This document shows positions 61,207-64,000 of a DNA stretch of 64,000 nucleotides, piece after piece. The DNA is taken from contig NC_086097.1 in NCBI RefSeq assembly GCF_963921235.1, positions 228,844,001 through 228,908,000 of the forward strand, read 5' to 3'. Positions within the stretch are counted from its first letter, which is position 1. Each line of letters begins with the position of its first letter. Under the pieces are notes generated by a model that saw nothing but the letters and a program-made list of their open reading frames with translations, did no database searches and was not told the DNA's origin. A program made the position numbers and the translations under genes. The DNA comes from Mobula hypostoma. Its lineage: Eukaryota.

Positions 61207-61965
61207 AAGCCGCAGCCTGATGCATTTCACCATCCTGAATCAAGCCTTCCGCCCATATATTCTGGATAGTGATACATTAGTATGGGGGTCATAAGAAATG
61301 GTTTAAGAAAATCAATAAATCAAGTACTATAATTAAAATTTTAGTTTAAAACTACACACAGAAAAATGAGAACCAATCAATTTGCAAAAGGATTTGCTTG
61401 ATGTGGAAACACAACCTGGGTCTTGTTTTGTAATTACCCATATTTTGTTTTATTAATGATCTGAGTATGCATAATACAAGCTGTTTCATACTTTACTGCA
61501 TCCTGCCTCATGTCCTTTATGTTGTCTCCTTCCACTGATTTGACATTTACTAGATCAGCCCTTTGGAAGCTCTGTACTCATTGAGAGAGAACCTGAGGAA
61601 CATCAAGGTCAGGTAGTCAATGGTGCTAGTGACCTTTGTGTCAACGTCAAACCAGAACTCTCAGTTCTATTTTCCACAACATGCACTGACCTTGACCTTT
61701 CACTCTTAAGCAACATGGTCTGTTTTTTCTCTTTGTTCGAATCCCCTTGATCTATGAGCAGGGCTTTGTGCTGGTCTTTTTGAGGGAGGGGGAATTGTGC
61801 CAAGTAAGGCCACCGAGCACCCAAGACCTACAAATCTGTTCCAGCTGTTAAAGTTATTACCTAGAAGGATGCTGCCTGCTTATTCTAATCTTCATTAGTG
61901 GTATTTTCATGTATGTCATTGTGAGCAAGCTGTGATAATAAAGAAAGGAGTTCTGTGAACTGTAT
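61207..61965 (+). promoter_or_regulatory. STMN2: STMN2 3' UTR with candidate poly(A) signals
   Basis: AATAAA at 61314, ATTAAA at 61332, and AATAAA at 61937 followed by GT/T-rich sequence. The real 3' end is unknown. Confidence 0.55.
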
Positions 61966-62620
61966 AATGTTCAGTCTGTTCATTGCTTTATTCTCCTGAA
62001 CACTGACTCTCTTCAGAAAGCACTGACAGGCATTTAAATCATTTCAAAGCAATCTGCTTTATTCAATATGAGTTAGCCAAGCACCTCTCTTGATGGCTAG
62101 CTGGCAGTTAACATCAGTGCCAGGGCAGTGGGAATAGGAATAGGTCACTTAACTACTAGAATCAACACCACATTCAATCAGAGCATGACTATCTGCGGTA
62201 CAACCCTTTTTACCTGCCCTTTGATCCATATCCTTGCCCAATATCGTTCATTATTTTACACTGCCCTACACCGAGTGGTGATTCTCTTCAGGAAATAATG
62301 ACAGGCTCTTTGTCATCTCACATTATTTTGCTCCCTACCCCTCGAGGCCTCAGTAGGAAGATGCTTCAAGCTCAGGTTCTTTGAAAGAGACCTAATATAG
62401 GCTTGAAAAAGCAGGAAATGATGAAAATATCAAGCAATTCCATTGGCCTCTTTAAAGAGTAATGGAGAACATTTCAGTTTTATCAGAAGTTCTGTGCTAG
62501 CGAAGGCACAGACTTGGAACTTCGACAATCCACAGTTGTTCTACCCTTGGAGGAGAGAAGTTCACGGTTGTTTGCCACTCTTCATTGCCGTGTCTGTCTA
62601 ATGGAAAATGCAATGGCCTC

Positions 62621-63755
62621 AGATACAAGACATAGGAGCAGAATTAGGCTACTTGGCCCATTGAGTCTGCTCCGCCATTTCATCATGGCTGATTTGCTAT
62701 CCCTCTCAACCCCATTCTCCTGCCTTCTCTCCGCAAACACTGATGCCTTGACTAACCGAGAACCGCTCAACCTCTGCTTTAAATATTCTCAATAGCTTGC
62801 CGTACACAGCCGTCCATGGCAATGAATTCCACAGATTCACCACCTCTGGCTAAAGAAATTCCTTCTCATCTCTGTTATAAATGGAGGTTCCTCTATTCTG
62901 ATGCTGAGCCCTCTGGTCCTAGACTCACCCACTATAGTAAACATCCTCTCCATATCCACTCTGTCTTGGCCTTACAATATTTGATAGGTTTTAATGAGGT
63001 CACCCCTCATTCTTCTAAATCCCAGCAAGTACAGGACCAGAGCTTTCAAACGCTTCTCATACATTAATCCTTTCATTCCTGTAATCATGCTTGTGAACCT
63101 CCCTGGAGCCTCTCCAATCCCAGCACATCCTTTCTCTGATAAGGGGCTCACAGCTGCTCACAATACTCCATGCAGTTTGACCAATGCCTCGGAAAGCTTC
63201 AGTATAACATCTTTGCTTTCTATTCTAGTCCTCTCAAAATGAATGCTAGCATTGCATTTGCCTTCCTCACCAGCAAATTAAACTTTAGGGAATCCTGCAC
63301 AAGGACTCTCAAGCCCCTTTGCACCTCTGATTTTTGAATTTTCTCCCCATTTAGAAAATAGTCTATGCCTTTATTCCAAGTGTATTTTATGAGCATGCAC
63401 TTCCCTGCACTATATTCCATCTGCCATTTCCTTGCCATTCTACCAATCTGTCAAACTCCTTCTGCAGACTCTCCACTCCCTCAACACTATCTGCCCCTCC
63501 ACCTATCTTCATATCATCTGCAAACTTGACCATAAAGCCATCATTTCCATCACCCAAATCGTTGACATATAATCTGAAAAGAAGCGGTCCCAATACTGAC
63601 ACCTGCGGAACACGACTTGCCACCAGCTCCCAACCAGAAAAGGCTCCTCTTTATTCCAACATTTTGCCTCTTGCCAATCATCCACTCTTATATCCATGCC
63701 AATCTCTTTCCTGTAATACCACAGTCCTTATCTTGTTAAACAGCCTCATGTGAGA
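62621..63755 (-). mobile_element. CR1 LINE 3' fragment
   Basis: ORFs 63387-63623 (VPQVSVLGPLLF..KFADDMKIGG) and 63220-63438. Confidence 0.9.
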
Positions 63756-64000
63756 TCAATGGGCCTGAAACGTTCAAATACTAGTTCTCACAAAAAGTGA
63801 GAGTGATTAGGTAAAATGTGAAGAGACGACTCCATCAGGCTGTGAAGAGAGAAACTAAAGAACATTTTTAAGTACTACCTCCTAAATGTGAAAGAAATTG
63901 ACTAAGTTCTTTCTTTAAGCTTGAAACTTCAGCCATTTTTGATCTGATTTTATTTTTGCTTCTCTCTAAAGTGTCTCTCAGTTTTACATACTCAATCCCT

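Overview
Eukaryotic, repeat-rich vertebrate DNA. It is most likely from a cartilaginous fish, inferred from HE1/V-type tRNA-SINEs, dominant CR1 LINEs, and Rex1/Babar and Penelope remnants. The window holds one complete host gene, on the + strand: a five-exon stathmin-2 (STMN2/SCG10) orthologue. The CDS is 14584-14602, 35058-35153, 43136-43314, 56038-56229 and 61147-61206 (546 nt, 181 aa, all introns GT-AG): [182 protein letters not shown] near-consensus RE1/NRSE site lies about 430 bp upstream of the ATG, in a TE-poor promoter region. The rest is transposable-element debris: the 3' half of a nearly intact Gypsy element with a YLDN RT motif, three solo LTRs with TSDs, hAT and Tc1-like MITEs, CR1, Rex1 and RTE LINE fragments, SINEs, and many Penelope-like ends carrying minimal hammerhead-ribozyme motifs. 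Best leads are (i) the hammerhead motif family with stem covariation inside the STMN2 pre-mRNA, (ii) the RE1 site plus an apparently deeply conserved promoter/5'UTR, (iii) an intron-1 stretch with the architecture of a TDP-43-repressed cryptic terminal exon, and (iv) two Penelope copies folding back at the same sequence. I found no convincing wholly new multi-gene system. Repeat boundaries are by eye and approximate unless a TSD is quoted. Comparisons to human sequences and repeat consensus sequences are from memory and need alignment.
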